Assembly: GCA_002269645.1 (NCBI GenBank)
Contig: NIVC01000738.1
Coordinates: forward strand, 391,516 to 455,515
Direction of reading: 5' to 3'
DNA: 64,000 nt
DNA from: Macrostomum lignano
Taxonomy: Eukaryota
Shown here: piece after piece, positions 12,301-26,933 of the stretch
Layout of the letters: each line of letters starts with the position of its first letter
Position numbering within the stretch: the first letter of the stretch is position 1
Notes under the pieces: generated by a model
The model's database searches: none
Seen by the model: only the letters and a program-made list of their open reading frames with translations
What the model was told of the DNA's origin: nothing
Program-made: the position numbers and the translations under genes

Positions 12301-14125
12301 AAGCGTCATGTAAAAATCATAGAAGCGTCATGAAAAAATCATAGAAGCGTCATGTAAAATCATAGAAGCGTCATGTAAACAATCATAGAAGCGTCATGTA
12401 AACAATCATAGAAGCGTCATGTAAAAATCATAGAAGCGTCATGTAAAAATCATAGAAGCGTCATGTAAACAATCATAGAAGCGTCATGTAAAAATCATAG
12501 AAGCGTCATTAAAAATCATAGAAGCGTCATGTAAACAATCATAGAAGCGTCATGTAAAAATCATAGAAGCGTCATGTAAACAATCATAGAAGCGTCATGT
12601 AAAAATCATAGCGTCATGTAAAAAATCATAGAAGCGTCATGTAAAAATCATAGAAGCGTCATGTAAAAAATAGAAGCGTCATGTAAACAATCAAGAAGCG
12701 TCATGTAAAAAATCATAGAAGCGTCATGTAAACAATCATAGAAGCGTCATGTAAACAATCATAGAAGCGTCATGTAAAAAATCATAGAAGCGTCATGTAA
12801 AAAATCATAGAAGCGTCATGTAAACAATCATAGAAGCGTCATGTAAAAAATCATAGAAGCGTCATGTAAAAAATCATAGAAGCGTCATTAAAAATCATAG
12901 AAGCGTCATGTAAAAATCATAAAGCGTCATGTAAACAATCATAGAAGCGTCATGTAAAAATCATAGAAGCGTCATGAAAAATCATAGAAGCGTCATGTAA
13001 GCAATCATAGAAGCGTCATGTAAACAATCATAGAAGCGTCATGTAAACAATCATAGAAGCGTCATGTAAAAATCATAAAAGCGTCATGTAAACAATCATA
13101 GAAGCGTCATGTAAACAATCATAGAAGCGTCATGTAAACAATCATAGAAGCGTCATGTAAACAATCATAGAAGCGTCATGTAAAAAATCATAGAAGCGTC
13201 ATGTAAAAATCATAGAAGCGTCATGTAAACAATCATAGAAGCGTCATGTAAAAATCATAGAAGCGTCATGTAAAAAATCATAGAAGCGTCATGTAAAAAA
13301 TCATAGAAGCGTCATGTAAACAATCAAAGAAGCGTCATGTAAAAATCATAGAAGCGTCATTTAAAAATCATAGAAGCGTCATTAAAAAATCATAAAGCGT
13401 CATGTAAAAATCATAAAGCGTCATGTAAACAATCATAGAAGCGTCATGTAAAAATCATAGAAGCGTCATTAAAAAATCATAGAAGCGTCATGTAAACAAT
13501 CATAGAAGCGTCATGTAAACAATCATAGAAGCGCCATGTAAAAAATCATAGAAGCGTCATTAAAAATCATAGAAGCGTCATGTAAACAATCATAGAAGCG
13601 TCATGTAAAAAATCATAGAAGCGCATGTAAAAAATCATAGAAGCGTCATTAAAATCATAGAAGCGTCATGTAAACAATCATAAAGCGTCATGTAAACAAT
13701 CATAGAAGCGTCATGTAAAAATCGTAGAAGCGTCATGAAAAATCATAGAAGCGTCATGTAACAATCATAGAAGCGTCATGTAAACAATCATAGAAGCGTC
13801 ATGTAAACAATCATAGAAGCGTCATGTAAAAAATCATAGAAGCGTCATGTAAACAATCATAGAAGCGTCATGTAAACAATCATAGAAGCGCATGTAAAAA
13901 TCGTAGAAGCGTTATATAAAAATCATAGAAGCGTCATTAAAAAATCATAGAAGCGTCATGTAAACAATCATAGAAGCGTCATGTAAAAAATCATAGAAGC
14001 GTCATGTAAAAAATCATAGAAGCGTCATGTAAAAAATCATAGAAGCGTCATGTAAAAAGTCATAGAAGCGTCATGTAAAAGTCATTGAAGCGTCATGAAA
14101 AAATCATAGAAGCCTCATTTAAAAA
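9352..14125. repeat. Minisatellite B, long array (~4.8 kb)
   Basis: Direct reading. Many 1-2 bp length variants. Confidence 0.95.
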
Positions 14126-14556
14126 GTAATGAAAGTGTCATTTAAAATATTAAGAAGCATCATGGTAGAATAAAAGAAGCGTCATGTCAGACATGAAGGG
14201 TGTGATGTAAAAATTAAATGAAGCTATAATGCTGTGCTGGGGAGAATTACTGAGACGTCAAGGCTCTCAGAGAATAACTGAGATTACGGGGGGGGTTTCT
14301 GAGATGTCAAAGCAAAAGTCAGAGGCTACTTCAAAGTTCATGTACTTTACTCAATTTTTTATTGCATTCTTTGTTGGCTCGCCACGGGGGGGGGCGCTGA
14401 TATAAAAAGCGTAATGTAAAAAATAAAAGAAGCTTCATGTCGAAGTTAAGAGATTCATTTGGGAATCCCTACGATGTCGAGGCTTGCAGGGAATCGCTAT
14501 AATGCTGTAGTAGTGCTATAATGACTCTCAGAATGAATTACTGAAATTTCAATGCT

Positions 14557-14617
14557 TTAGGGTTAGGTTAGGGTTAGGGTTAGGGTAGGGTTAGGGTTAG
14601 GCTAGGGTTAGGGTTAG
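14557..14617 (+). repeat. Interstitial TTAGGG tract (~10 units with variants)
   Basis: Direct reading, in the tail of U2. Confidence 0.9.
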
Positions 14618-15481
14618 AAGGTTGACAGATATTTTTAGATTTTCAAGGCTTATTGGGGGCATTGCTGAGATGTCAAGGGGGGAAGTTGATGTGTTAAAGC
14701 TTGTGGGGGGGAATTATTGACATGTCAAGGCTTACAAGGTTTGACAGGAGATTTTTTAAGATTTCAAGGATATATGTAGCTTATTAAAAAACGTGTATTG
14801 CATTTCTTTGGCTCCCCAACGGGGGGCGTAGATTGCTAGTCCATATACTAAAAATGAAAATCTTGCTTGCTTGCTTGTACGAAATCGATTTTCTCCTGAA
14901 TGGCTGGACCGATTTTCTTCGAACTTGCACTGTTCGATCAGAAATTTTTCCGTGACGGTACATGCATCTTGGCTAAGAAATTGCTCAATGTTAAAGGGAT
15001 TAAATATTCGAAAAACATGCTTTTTTGCAAAGGTCAAGCATTGAAATGCATTGTAAGAATGCTAGCAGAAAAACTGACTGGTTGAATTCTGATTCTAAAA
15101 TAGATTGCATCACAATACACAAGACACTCAATTGAATTGCGTCACAGCGTTGAGTGTGAAAGCATAGCACAGTACTCAATTTATATTGCGTAACCATATT
15201 GTTAACTTTTATAGAGACTGGTACTGACTTGCCTAAGAAATTGATTATGTCATAACTCCTAACTGCTTCGTGACTTTTTACTCTACCTGACTTTGTGTGA
15301 GTGTTGAACTATTTAAGTGGTACAAATTCACTGATAACTTCGATGAGAGCTAGCCTAGAGCTGAACAGACCAGACTGCTAATGCAGCAACCTGGGTTCGA
15401 ATCTAAGTGTATGATTGGTAGATTAGTGTCTGAAAAGTAGTAGTGTAAATTTTTTTATGAAAAGCTAAATAAAAACACTTA

Positions 15482-18400
15482 GATTACTGCACTCCATAAG
15501 ACAAGGATTATTGCTATTAATAAACCAAGGATTACTGCACTCAATAAGCCAAGGATTATTGCTATTAATAAACCAAGTATTAATGCACTTGATTAATCAA
15601 GGATTATTGCTATTAATAAACCAACGATTACTGCACTCGATAAACCAAGGACTATTGCTCTTGGCAAACCAAGGATTACTGCACTCAAGAAGTCAAGGAT
15701 TATTGCTATTAATAAAACAAGGATTAATGCACTTGATTAATCAAGGATTATTGCTATTAATAAACCAAGGATTACTGCACTCGATAAACCAAGGACTATT
15801 GCTCCTGGCAAACCAAGGATTACTGCACTCAATAAGCCAAGGATTATTGCTATTAATAAACCAAGGATTAATGCACTTGATTAATCAAGGATTATTGCTA
15901 TTAATAAACCAAGGATTACTGCACTCGATAAGACAAGGATTATTGCTATTAATAAACCAAGGATTACTGCACTTGGCAAACCAAGGATTACTGCACTCGA
16001 TAAGCCAAGGATTATTGCTATTAATAAACCAAGGATTACTGCACTTAATAAACCAAGGACTATTGCTCTTGGCAAACCAACGATTACTGCACTCGATAAT
16101 TGCCAAGAATTATTGCTATTAATAAACCAAGGATTACTGCACTCGATAAGCCAAGGATTATTGCTATTAATAAACCAAGGATTACTGTACTTGGCAAACC
16201 AAGGATTACTGCACTCGATAAGCCAAGGATTATTGCTATTAATAAACCAAGGATTACTGCACTCAAGAAGACAAGGATTATTGCTATTAATAAAACAAGG
16301 ATTAATGCACTTGATTAATCAAGGATTATTGCTATTAATAAACCAAGGATTACTGCACTCGATAAACCAAGGACTATTGCTCCTGGCAAACCAAGGATTA
16401 CTGCACTCAATAAGCCAAGGATTATTGCTATTAATAAACCAACGATTACTGCACTCGATAAGCCAAGGATTATTGCTATTAATAAACCAAGGATTACTGC
16501 ACTCGATAAGCCAAGGATTATTGCTATTAATAAACCGAGGATTACTGCACTTGGCAAACCAAGGATTACTGCACTCGATAAGCCAAGGATTATTGCTATT
16601 AATAAACCAAGGATTACTGCACTCGATAAGCCAAGGATTATTGCTATTAATAAACCAAGGATTACTGCACTTGGCAAACCAAGGATTACTGCACTCGATA
16701 AGCCAAGGATTATTGCTATTAATAAACCAAGGATTACTGCACTTGGCAAACCAAGGATTACTGCACTTGGCAAACCAAGGATTACTGCACTCGATAAGCC
16801 AAGGACTATTGCTATTAATAAACCAAGGATTACTGCACTTGATTTATCAAGGATTATTGCTATTAATAAACCAAGGATTACTGCACTCAATAAGCCAAGG
16901 ATTATTGCTATTAATAAACCAAGGATTACTGCACTCAATAAGCCAAGGATTATTGCTATTAATAAACCAAGGATTAATGCACTTGGTTAATCAAGGATTA
17001 TTGCTATTAATAAACCAAGGATTACTGCACTCGATAAAACAAGGACTATTGCTCCTGGCAAACCAAGGATTACTGCACTTAATAAGCCAAGGATTATTGC
17101 TATTAATAAACAAAGGATTACTGCACTCAAGAAGCCAAGGATTATTGCTATTAATAAACCAAGGATTAATGCACTTTATTAATCAAGGATTATTGCTAAT
17201 AATAAACCAAGGATTACTGCACTCGATAAGCCAAGGATTATTGCTATTAATAAACCAAGGATTACTGCACTTGGCAAACCAAGGATTACTGCACTCGATA
17301 AGCCAAGGATTATTGCTATTAATAAACCAAGGATTACTGCACTTGGCAAACCAAGGATTACTGTACTCGATAAGCCAAGGACTATTGCTATTAATAAACC
17401 AAGGATTACTGCACTTGATTTATCAAGGATTATTGCTATTAATAAACCAAGGATTACTGCACTCAATAAGCCAAGGATTATTGCTATTAATAAACCAAGG
17501 ATTACTGCACTCAATAAGCCAAGGATTATTGCTATTAATAAACCAAGGATTAATGCACTTGGTTAATCAAGGATTATTGCTATTAATAAACCAAGGATTA
17601 CTGCACTCGATAAAACAAGGACTATTGCTCCTGGCAAACCAAGGATTACTGCACTCAATAAGCCAAGGATTATTGCTAATAATAAAGCAAGGATTAATGC
17701 ACTTTATTAAACAAGGATTATTGCTAATAATAAACCAAGGATTACTGCACTCGATAAGCCAAGGATTATTGCTATTAATAAACCAAGGATTACTGCACTT
17801 GGCAAACCAAGGATTACGGCACTCGATAAGCCAAGGATTATTGCTATTAATAAACCAAGGATTACTGCACTTGGCAAACCAAGGATTACTGTACTCGATA
17901 AGCCAAGGACTATTGCTATTAATAAACCAAGGATTACTGCACTTGATTTATCAAGGATTATTGCTATTATTAAACCAAGAATTACTGCACTTGATTTATC
18001 AAGGATTATTGCTATTAATAAACCAAGGATTACTGCCCTCGATAAGCCAAGGACTATTGCTATTAATAAACCAAGGATTAATGCACTCGATAAGCCAAGG
18101 ACTATTGCTATTAATAAACCAAGGATTAATGCAACCCTAACCAAGGATTACTGCACTCGATAAGCCAAGGATTATTGCTATTAATAAACCAAGGATTACT
18201 GCACTTGGCAAACCAAGGATTACTGCACTCGATAAGCCAAGGATTATTGCTATTAATAAACCAAGGATTACTGCACTTGGCAAACCAAGGATTACTGCAC
18301 TCGATAAGCCAAGGACTATTGCTATTAATAAACCAAGGATTACTGCACTTGATTTATCAAGGATTATTGCTATTAATAAACCAAGGATTACTGCACTCAA

Positions 18401-20474
18401 TAAGCCAAGGATTATTGCTATTAATAAACCAAGGATTACTGCACTCAATAAGCCAAGGATTATTGCTATTAATAAACCAAGGATTAATGCACTTGGTTAA
18501 TCAAGGATTATTGCTATTAATAAACCAAGGATTACTGCACTCGATAAAACAAGGACTATTGCTCCTGGCAAACCAAGGATTACTGCACTCAATAAGCCAA
18601 GGATTATTGCTATTAATAAACAAAGGATTACTGCACTCAAGAAGCCAAGGATTATTGCTATTAATAAACCAAGGATTAATGCACTTTATTAATCAAGGAT
18701 TATTGCTATTAATAAACCAAGGATTACTGCACTCGATAAGCCAAGGATTATTGCTATTAATAAACCAAGGATTACTGCACTTGGCAAACCAAGGATTACT
18801 GCACTCGATAAGCCAAGGATTATTGCTATTAATAAACCAAGGATTACTGCACTTGGCAAACCAAGGATTACTGTACTCGATAAGCCAAGGACTATTGCTA
18901 TTAATAAACCAAGGATTACTGCACTTGATTTATCAAGGATTATTGCTATTAATAAACCAAGGATTACTGCACTCAATAAGCCAAGGATTATTGCTATTAA
19001 TAAACCAAGGATTACTGCACTCAATAAGCCAAGGATTATTGCTATTAATAAACCAAGGATTAATGCACTTGGTTAATCAAGGATTATTGCTATTAATAAA
19101 CCAAGGATTACTGCACTCGATAAAACAAGGACTATTGCTCCTGGCAAACCAAGGATTACTGCACTCAATAAGCCAAGGATTATTGCTATTAATAAACAAA
19201 GGATTACTGCACTCAAGAAGCCAAGGATTATTGCTATTAATAAACCAAGGATTAATGCACTTTATTAATCAAGGATTATTGCTATTAATAAACCAAGGAT
19301 TACTGCACTCGATAAGCCAAGGATTATTGCTATTAATAAACCAAGGATTACTGCACTTGGCAAACCAAGGATTACTGTACTCGATAAGCCAAGGACTATT
19401 GCTATTAATAAACCAAGGATTACTGCACTTGATTTATCAAGGATTATTGCTATTAATAAACCAAGGATTACTGCACTCAATAAGCCAAGGACTATTGCTA
19501 TTAATAAACCAAGGATTACTGCACTTGATTTATCAAGGATTATTGCTATTAATAAACCAAGGATTACTGCACTCAATAAGCCAAGGATTATTGCTATTAA
19601 TAAACCAAGGATTACTGCACTCAATAAGCCAAGGATTATTGCTAATAATAAACCAAGGATTAATGCACTTGGTTAATCAAGGATTATTGCTATTAATAAA
19701 CCAAGGATTACTGCACTCGATAAAACAAGGACTATTGCTCCTGGCAAACCAAGGATTACTGCACTCAATAAGCCAAGGATTATTGCTATTAATAAACAAA
19801 GGATTACTGCACTCAAGAAGCCAAGGATTATTGCTATTAATAAACCAAGGATTAATGCACTTTATTAATCAAGGATTATTGCTATTAATAAACCAAGGAT
19901 TACTGCACTCGATAAGCCAAGGATTATTGCTATTAATAAACCAAGGATTACTGCACTTGGCAAACCAAGGATTACTGTACTCGATAAGCCAAGGACTATT
20001 GCTATTAATAAACCAAGGATTACTGCACTTGATTTATCAAGGATTATTGCTATTAATAAACCAAGGATTACTGCACTTGATTTATCAAGGATTATTGCTA
20101 TTAATAAACCAAGGATTACTGCCTTCGATAAGCCAAGGACTATTGCTATTAATAAACCAAGGATTAATGCACTCGATAAGCCAAGGACTATTGCTATTAA
20201 TAAACCAAGGATTAATGCAACCCGAACCAAGGATTACTGCACTCGATAAGCCAAGGATTATTGCTATTAATAAACCAAGGATTACTGCACTCGATAAGCC
20301 ATGGATTATTGCTATTAATAAACCAAGGATTACTTACTGCACTTGGCAAACCAAGAATTACTGCACTCGATAAGCCATGGATTATTGCTATTAATAAACC
20401 AAGGATTACTTACTGCACTTGGCAAACCAAGAATTACTGCACTCGATAGCCAAGGATTACTGCGCTTGATAAGC
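15482..20474. repeat. Minisatellite A, second array (~5 kb)
   Basis: Same 24/48-bp unit. Higher-order blocks are visible (a rare GCAACCC(T/G)AACC variant recurs at 18131 and 20217). Confidence 0.95.
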
Positions 20475-20504
20475 TTGGCTACATGTATAGGATTATTTCT
20501 ATCC

Positions 20505-20750
20505 AGGGATGCTTGCTATTTAGGGATTCTTGCTATGTGCAGGATGCTTGCTATCTGGAAGGATGCTTCTACGTTATTTGGGGGATGCTTGCTATCTGGA
20601 AGGATGCTTCTACATTATTTGGGGTATGCTTGCTATCTGCAAGATGCTTGCTATCTGCAGATGCTTGCTATCTGCAGATGCTTGCTATCTGGGTAGATGC
20701 TTGCTAGGAGTATTAGGGGATGCTTGCTACTGGGGGGATGCTTGCTGTCT
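20505..20750. repeat. Minisatellite D in U3
   Basis: Direct reading. Confidence 0.8.
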
Positions 20751-20907
20751 TGGGAATATTTTCTATTTAGGGGTAATGACTAAAATTTATGAGAGCTAGC
20801 CTAGAGGTAAACAGACTAAACTGCTAAATGCAGGGACGATGGTTCAAATTTTTAGAGAGTAGAGTTTTTTTTAATTAAAGCTTTTTAACGCCAAGACAAA
20901 AAAAATT

Positions 20908-22055
20908 ATGGAAGCGTAATGTAAAAAATCATAGAATCGTTATGTAAAAAATCATAGAAGCGTCATGCAAGCAATCATAGAAGCGTAATGTAAACAATCA
21001 TAGAAGCGTCATGTTAAAATCATAAAAGCGTCATGTAAACAATCATACAAGTGTCATGTAAACAATCATAGAAGCGTCATGTAAAAAAAATCATAGAAGC
21101 GTCATGTTAAAATCATAAAAGCGTCATAAAAAATCATAGAAGCGTCATGCAAGCAATCATAGAAGCGTAATGTAAACAATCATAGAAGCGTCATGTTAAA
21201 ATCATACAAGCGTCATGTAAACAATCATACAAGCGTCATGTAAACAATCATAAAAGCGTCATGTAAAAAAATCATAGAAGCGTCATGTTAAAATCATAAA
21301 AGCGTCATAAAAAATCATAGAAGCGTCATGTAAACAATCATACAAGCGTCATGTAAACAATCATAGAAGCGTCATGTAAAAATCATAGAAGCGTCATGTA
21401 AAAATCATAGAAGCGTCATGTAAACAATCATAAAAGCGTCATGTAAACAATCATACAAGCGTCATGTAAAAAATCATAGAAGCGTCATGTAAAAATCATA
21501 GAAGCGTCATGTAAAAATCATAGAAGCGTCATGTAAACAATCATACAAGCGTCATGTAAACAATCATAAAAGCGTCATAAAAAATCATAGAAGCGTCATG
21601 TAAACAATCATAGAAGCGTCATGTAAACAATCATAGAAGCGTCATGTAAACAATCATAGAAGCGTCATGTAAACTATCATAGAAGCGTCATGTAAAAATC
21701 ATAAAAGCGTCATGTAAACAATCATAGAAGCGTCATGTAAAAATCGTAGCAGCGTCATGAAAAAATCATAGAAGCGTCATGTAAACAATCATAGAAGCGT
21801 CATGTAAAAAATCATAGAAGCGTCATGAAAAAATCATAGAAGTGTCATGTAGAAATCATAAAAGCGTCATGTAAAAATCATAGAAGCGTCATGTAAAAAA
21901 TCATAAAAGCGTCATGTAAACAATCATACAAGCGTCATGTAAACAATCATAGAAGCGTCATGTAAACAATCATAAAAGCGTCATGTAAACAAGCATAGAA
22001 GAGTCATGTTAACATAGAAGCGTCATGAAAAAATCATAGAAGCCTCATATAAAAA
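20908..22055. repeat. Minisatellite B, third array
   Basis: Direct reading. Confidence 0.95.
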
Positions 22056-22700
22056 CTAATGAAAGTGTCATTTAAAAAATTAAGAAGCATCATGGAAGAA
22101 TAAAAGAATCGTCATGTAAAAATCAAAAGAAGCGTCATGTCAGACATGAAAGAAGTGTCATATAAAAATTAAATGAAGCTATAGTGCTGTGTTGGGGAGA
22201 ATTACTGAGATGTCAAGGCTCACCGAGAATAACTGAGATTACAGGGGGGTTTTTGAGATGTTAAAGCAAAAGTCAGAAGCTACTTCAAGTTCATGTACTT
22301 TACTTAAGTTTTTTTATTGCATTCTTTGTTGGCTCGCCACGGGGGGGGGGCGCTGATAGAAGAAGAGTCATGTAAAAAAGAAAAGAAGCACTATGTATAC
22401 ATAAAATAAAAGTCATGTCAAAGTTAAAAGATTCATTTGGGAATTGCTACGATGTCAAAGCTTGGAGGGAATCGTTATAGTGCTGTGATTCTTAAAGAAG
22501 GAATCATTTAAATGCCAAGGCTTAGGGAAGAAGAATTGCTGTGATTTCAAGGCTTTAGGTTGGGTGAAAGTTAGGTTTACGTCAGGTTTGGGTTGAGGGT
22601 TAGATTTTAGCGGGTTTCAAGGTTAACAGGGGATTTTTCAGATATCAAGGTTTATGGGGGGCATCGCTGACATGTCAAGGCTTACGAGGGGAATCTATCT

Positions 22701-25700
22701 ATCTTGTGTGCGTGCTTTCAGCTTGATTGGCTGCGGCAAGCAAGCTCGAAAGAGCTCGCTTCGCTCGCTCTTTCTCGCTATCTACTATCTATAGCCAGGA
22801 CCTGCACCGGAGCGGTTACGAAAATTAGATTTCTCAGTAGTTGCACGTACTCTTTTGCACTACTTGAGTAGTCTGATTTTCGATCGGCATGGCTGGTTCC
22901 AGCAGGTAGTTCCTCTGGATAAAAGCGCTTACCGCGCCCATTGGCTTTCCAGCTGCCTTAATCGTTTCCGGTGATCTTGTGTGCGTGCTTTCAGCTTGAT
23001 TGGCTGCGGCAAGCAAGCTCGAAAGAGCTCGCTTCGCTCGCTCTTTCTCGCTATCTACTATCTATAGCCAGGACCTGCACCGGAGCGGTTACGAAAATTA
23101 GATTTCTCAGTAGTTGCACGTACTCTTTTGCACTACTTGAGTAGTCTGATTTTCGATCGGCATGGCTGGTTCCAGCAGGTAGTTCCTCTGGATAAAAGCG
23201 CTTACCGCGCCCATTGGCTTTCCAGCTGCCTTAATCGTTTCCGGTGATCTTGTGTGCGTGCTTTCAGCTTGATTGGCTGCGGCAAGCAAGCTCGAAAGAG
23301 CTCGCTTCGCTCGCTCTTTCTCGCTATCTACTATCTATAGCCAGGACCTGCACCGGAGCGGTTACGAAAATTAGATTTCTCAGTAGTTGCACGTACTCTT
23401 TTGCACTACTTGAGTAGTCTGATTTTCGATCGGCATGGCTGGTTCCAGCAGGTAGTTCCTCTGGATAAAAGCGCTTACCGCGCCCATTGGCTTTCCAGCT
23501 GCCTTAATCGTTTCCGGTGATCTTGTGTGCGTGCTTTCAGCTTGATTGGCTGCGGCAAGCAAGCTCGAAAGAGCTCGCTTCGCTCGCTCTTTCTCGCTAT
23601 CTACTATCTATAGCCAGGACCTGCACCGGAGCGGTTACGAAAACTAGATTTCTCAGTAGTTGCACGTACTCTTTTGCACTACTTGAGTAGTCTGATTTTC
23701 GATCGGCATGGCTGGTTCCAGCAGGTAGTTCCTCTGGATAAAAGCGCTTACCGCGCCCATTGGCTTTCCAGCTGCCTTAATCGTTTCCGGTGATCTTGTG
23801 TGCGTGCTTTCAGCTTGATTGGCTGCGGCAAGCAAGCTCGAAAGAGCTCGCTTCGCTCGCTCTTTCTCGCTATCTACTATCTATAGCCAGGACCTGCACC
23901 GGAGCAGTTACGAAAATTAGATTTCTCAGTAGTTGCACGTACTCTTTTGCACTACTTGAGTAGTCTGATTTTCGATCGGCATGGCTGGTTCCAGCAGGTA
24001 GTTCCTCTGGATAAAAGCGCTTACCGCGCCCATTGGCTTTCCAGCTGCCTTAATCGTTTCCGGTGATCTTGTGTGCGTGCTTTCAGCTTGATTGGCTGCG
24101 GCAAGCAAGCTCGAAAGAGCTCGCTTCGCTCGCTCTTTCTCGCTATCTACTATCTATAGCCAGGACCTGCACCGGAGCGGTTACGAAAATTAGATTTCTC
24201 AGTAGTTGCACGTACTCTTTTGCACTACTTGAGTAGTCTGATTTTCGATCGGCATGGCTGGTTCCAGCAGGTAGTTCCTCTGGATAAAAGCGCTTACCGC
24301 GCCCATTGGCTTTCCAGCTGCCTTAATCGTTTCCGGTGATCTTGTGTGCGTGCTTTCAGCTTGATTGGCTGCGGCAAGCAAGCTCGAAAGAGCTCGCTTC
24401 GCTCGCTCTTTCTCGCTATCTACTATCTATAGCCAGGACCTGCACCGGAGCGGTTACGAAAATTAGATTTCTCAGTAGTTGCACGTACTCTTTTGCACTA
24501 CTTGAGTAGTCTGATTTTCGATCGGCATGGCTGGTTCCAGCAGGTAGTTCCTCTGGATAAAAGCGCTTACCGCGCCCATTGGCTTTCCAGCTGCCTTAAT
24601 CGTTTCCGGTGATCTTGTGTGCGTGCTTTCAGCTTGATTGGCTGCGGCAAGCAAGCTCGAAAGAGCTCGCTTCGCTCGCTCTTTCTCGCTATCTACTATC
24701 TATAGCCAGGACCTGCACCGGAGCGGTTACGAAAATTAGATTTCTCAGTAGTTGCACGTACTCTTTTGCACTACTTGAGTAGTCTGATTTTCGATCGGCA
24801 TGGCTGGTTCCAGCAGGTAGTTCCTCTGGATAAAAGCGCTTACCGCGCCCATTGGCTTTCCAGCTGCCTTAATCGTTTCCGGTGATCTTGTGTGCGTGCT
24901 TTCAGCTTGATTGGCTGCGGCAAGCAAGCTCGAAAGAGCTCGCTTCGCTCGCTCTTTCTCGCTATCTACTATCTATAGCCAGGACCTGCACCGGAGCGGT
25001 TACGAAAATTAGATTTCTCAGTAGTTGCACGTACTCTTTTGCACTACTTGAGTAGTCTGATTTTCGATCGGCATGGCTGGTTCCAGCAGGTAGTTCCTCT
25101 GGATAAAAGCGCTTACCGCGCCCATTGGCTTTCCAGCTGCCTTAATCGTTTCCGGTGATCTTGTGTGCGTGCTTTCAGCTTGATTGGCTGCGGCAAGCAA
25201 GCTCGAAAGAGCTCGCTTCGCTCGCTCTTTCTCGCTATCTACTATCTATAGCCAGGACCTGCACCGGAGCGGTTACGAAAATTAGATTTCTCAGTAGTTG
25301 CACGTACTCTTTTGCACTACTTGAGTAGTCTGATTTTCGATCGGCATGGCTGGTTCCAGCAGGTAGTTCCTCTGGATAAAAGCGCTTACCGCGCCCATTG
25401 GCTTTCCAGCTGCCTTAATCGTTTCCGGTGATCTTGTGTGCGTGCTTTCAGCTTGATTGGCTGCGGCAAGCAAGCTCGAAAGAGCTCGCTTCGCTCGCTC
25501 TTTCTCGCTATCTACTATCTATAGCCAGGACCTGCACCGGAGCGGTTACGAAAATTAGATTTCTCAGTAGTTGCACGTACTCTTTTGCACTACTTGAGTA
25601 GTCTGATTTTCGATCGGCATGGCTGGTTCCAGCAGGTAGTTCCTCTGGATAAAAGCGCTTACCGCGCCCATTGGCTTTCCAGCTGCCTTAATCGTTTCCG

Positions 25701-26615
25701 GTGATCTTGTGTGCGTGCTTTCAGCTTGATTGGCTGCGGCAAGCAAGCTCGAAAGAGCTCGCTTCGCTCGCTCTTTCTCGCTATCTACTATCTATAGCCA
25801 GGACCTGCACCGGAGCGGTTACGAAAATTAGATTTCTCAGTAGTTGCACGTACTCTTTTGCACTACTTGAGTAGTCTGATTTTCGATCGGCATGGCTGGT
25901 TCCAGCAGGTAGTTCCTCTGGATAAAAGCGCTTACCGCGCCCATTGGCTTTCCAGCTGCCTTAATCGTTTCCGGTGATCTTGTGTGCGTGCTTTCAGCTT
26001 GATTGGCTGCGGCAAGCAAGCTCGAAAGAGCTCGCTTCGCTCGCTCTTTCTCGCTATCTACTATCTATAGCCAGGACCTGCACCGGAGCGGTTACGAAAA
26101 TTAGATTTCTCAGTAGTTGCACGTACTCTTTTGCACTACTTGAGTAGTCTGATTTTCGATCGGCATGGCTGGTTCCAGCAGGTAGTTCCTCTGGATAAAA
26201 GCGCTTACCGCGCCCATTGGCTTTCCAGCTGCCTTAATCGTTTCCGGTGATCTTGTGTGCGTGCTTTCAGCTTGATTGGCTGCGGCAAGCAAGCTCGAAA
26301 GAGCTCGCTTCGCTCGCTCTTTCTCGCTATCTACTATCTATAGCCAGGACCTGCACCGGAGCGGTTACGAAAATTAGATTTCTCAGTAGTTGCACGTACT
26401 CTTTTGCACTACTTGAGTAGTCTGATTTTCGATCGGCATGGCTGGTTCCAGCAGGTAGTTCCTCTGGATAAAAGCGCTTACCGCGCCCATTGGCTTTCCA
26501 GCTGCCTTAATCGTTTCCGGTGATCTTGTGTGCGTGCTTTCAGCTTGATTGGCTGCGGCAAGCAAGCTCGAAAGAGCTCGCTTCGCTCGCTCTTTCTCGC
26601 TATCTACTATCTATC
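22701..26615. repeat. 273-bp tandem array, 14 full copies plus ~92 bp, inserted in a (CTAT)n tract
   Basis: Period of 273 from the ORF track and direct reading. The equivalent empty site in U1 at about 7811-7832 reads AAT(CTAT)4AGC. Confidence 0.95.
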
Positions 26616-26899
26616 TATAGCTGAGATGTCAAGGCTCACGGGGGAATAAATGAGATGTCAAGGCTAATGTCAGAAGCTACATGTAGTTTATTGGAAAAAA
26701 GTTATTACATTATTTGTTGGCTCCTCACGGGAGGGATCGCTGATAGAAAAGGCGTAATGTAAAAAATAAAAGAAGCTTCATGTCGAAGTTAAGAGATTCA
26801 TTTGGGAATCCCTACGATGTCGAGGCTTGCAGGGAATCGCTATAATGCTGTAGTAGTGCTATAATGACTCTTAGAGAGAATTACTGAAATTTCAATGCT

Positions 26900-26933
26900 T
26901 TAGGGTTAGGGTTAGGGTTAGGGTTAGGGTTAG
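26900..26933 (+). repeat. Interstitial (TTAGGG)5 tract
   Basis: Direct reading, in the tail of U3. Confidence 0.9.

Larger units (their letters stand above)
8718..14839 (+). mobile_element. Non-autonomous Helitron-like unit U2 (head - tRNA-like - satB - tail with TTAGGG - terminator)
   Basis: Starts with TC directly after the CTAG of U1 (TCCTATATACTAAAAATG at 8741). Same head. 3' hairpin GCTCCCCAACGGGGGGC (14811-14827), then CTAG (14836-14839). Confidence 0.75.

Noticed and set aside
15511-20373. Long ORFs (675 and 732 aa, LLLLINQGLLHSISQG repeats) and similar ORFs at 2783-5863 and 27997-29059
   Set aside because: They result from a 24-bp repeat unit that lacks a stop in some frames. They are open on both strands and have no unique coding context.
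22834-26565. Fourteen identical 60-aa ORFs
   Set aside because: One short ORF per 273-bp repeat unit, with no recognisable domain.
22701-26615. Retrozyme (hammerhead) or tandem TRIM interpretation of the 273-bp array
   Set aside because: No CUGANGA..GAAA core was found on either strand by eye, and the 92-bp terminal repeat lacks a TG..CA end, PBS and PPT.
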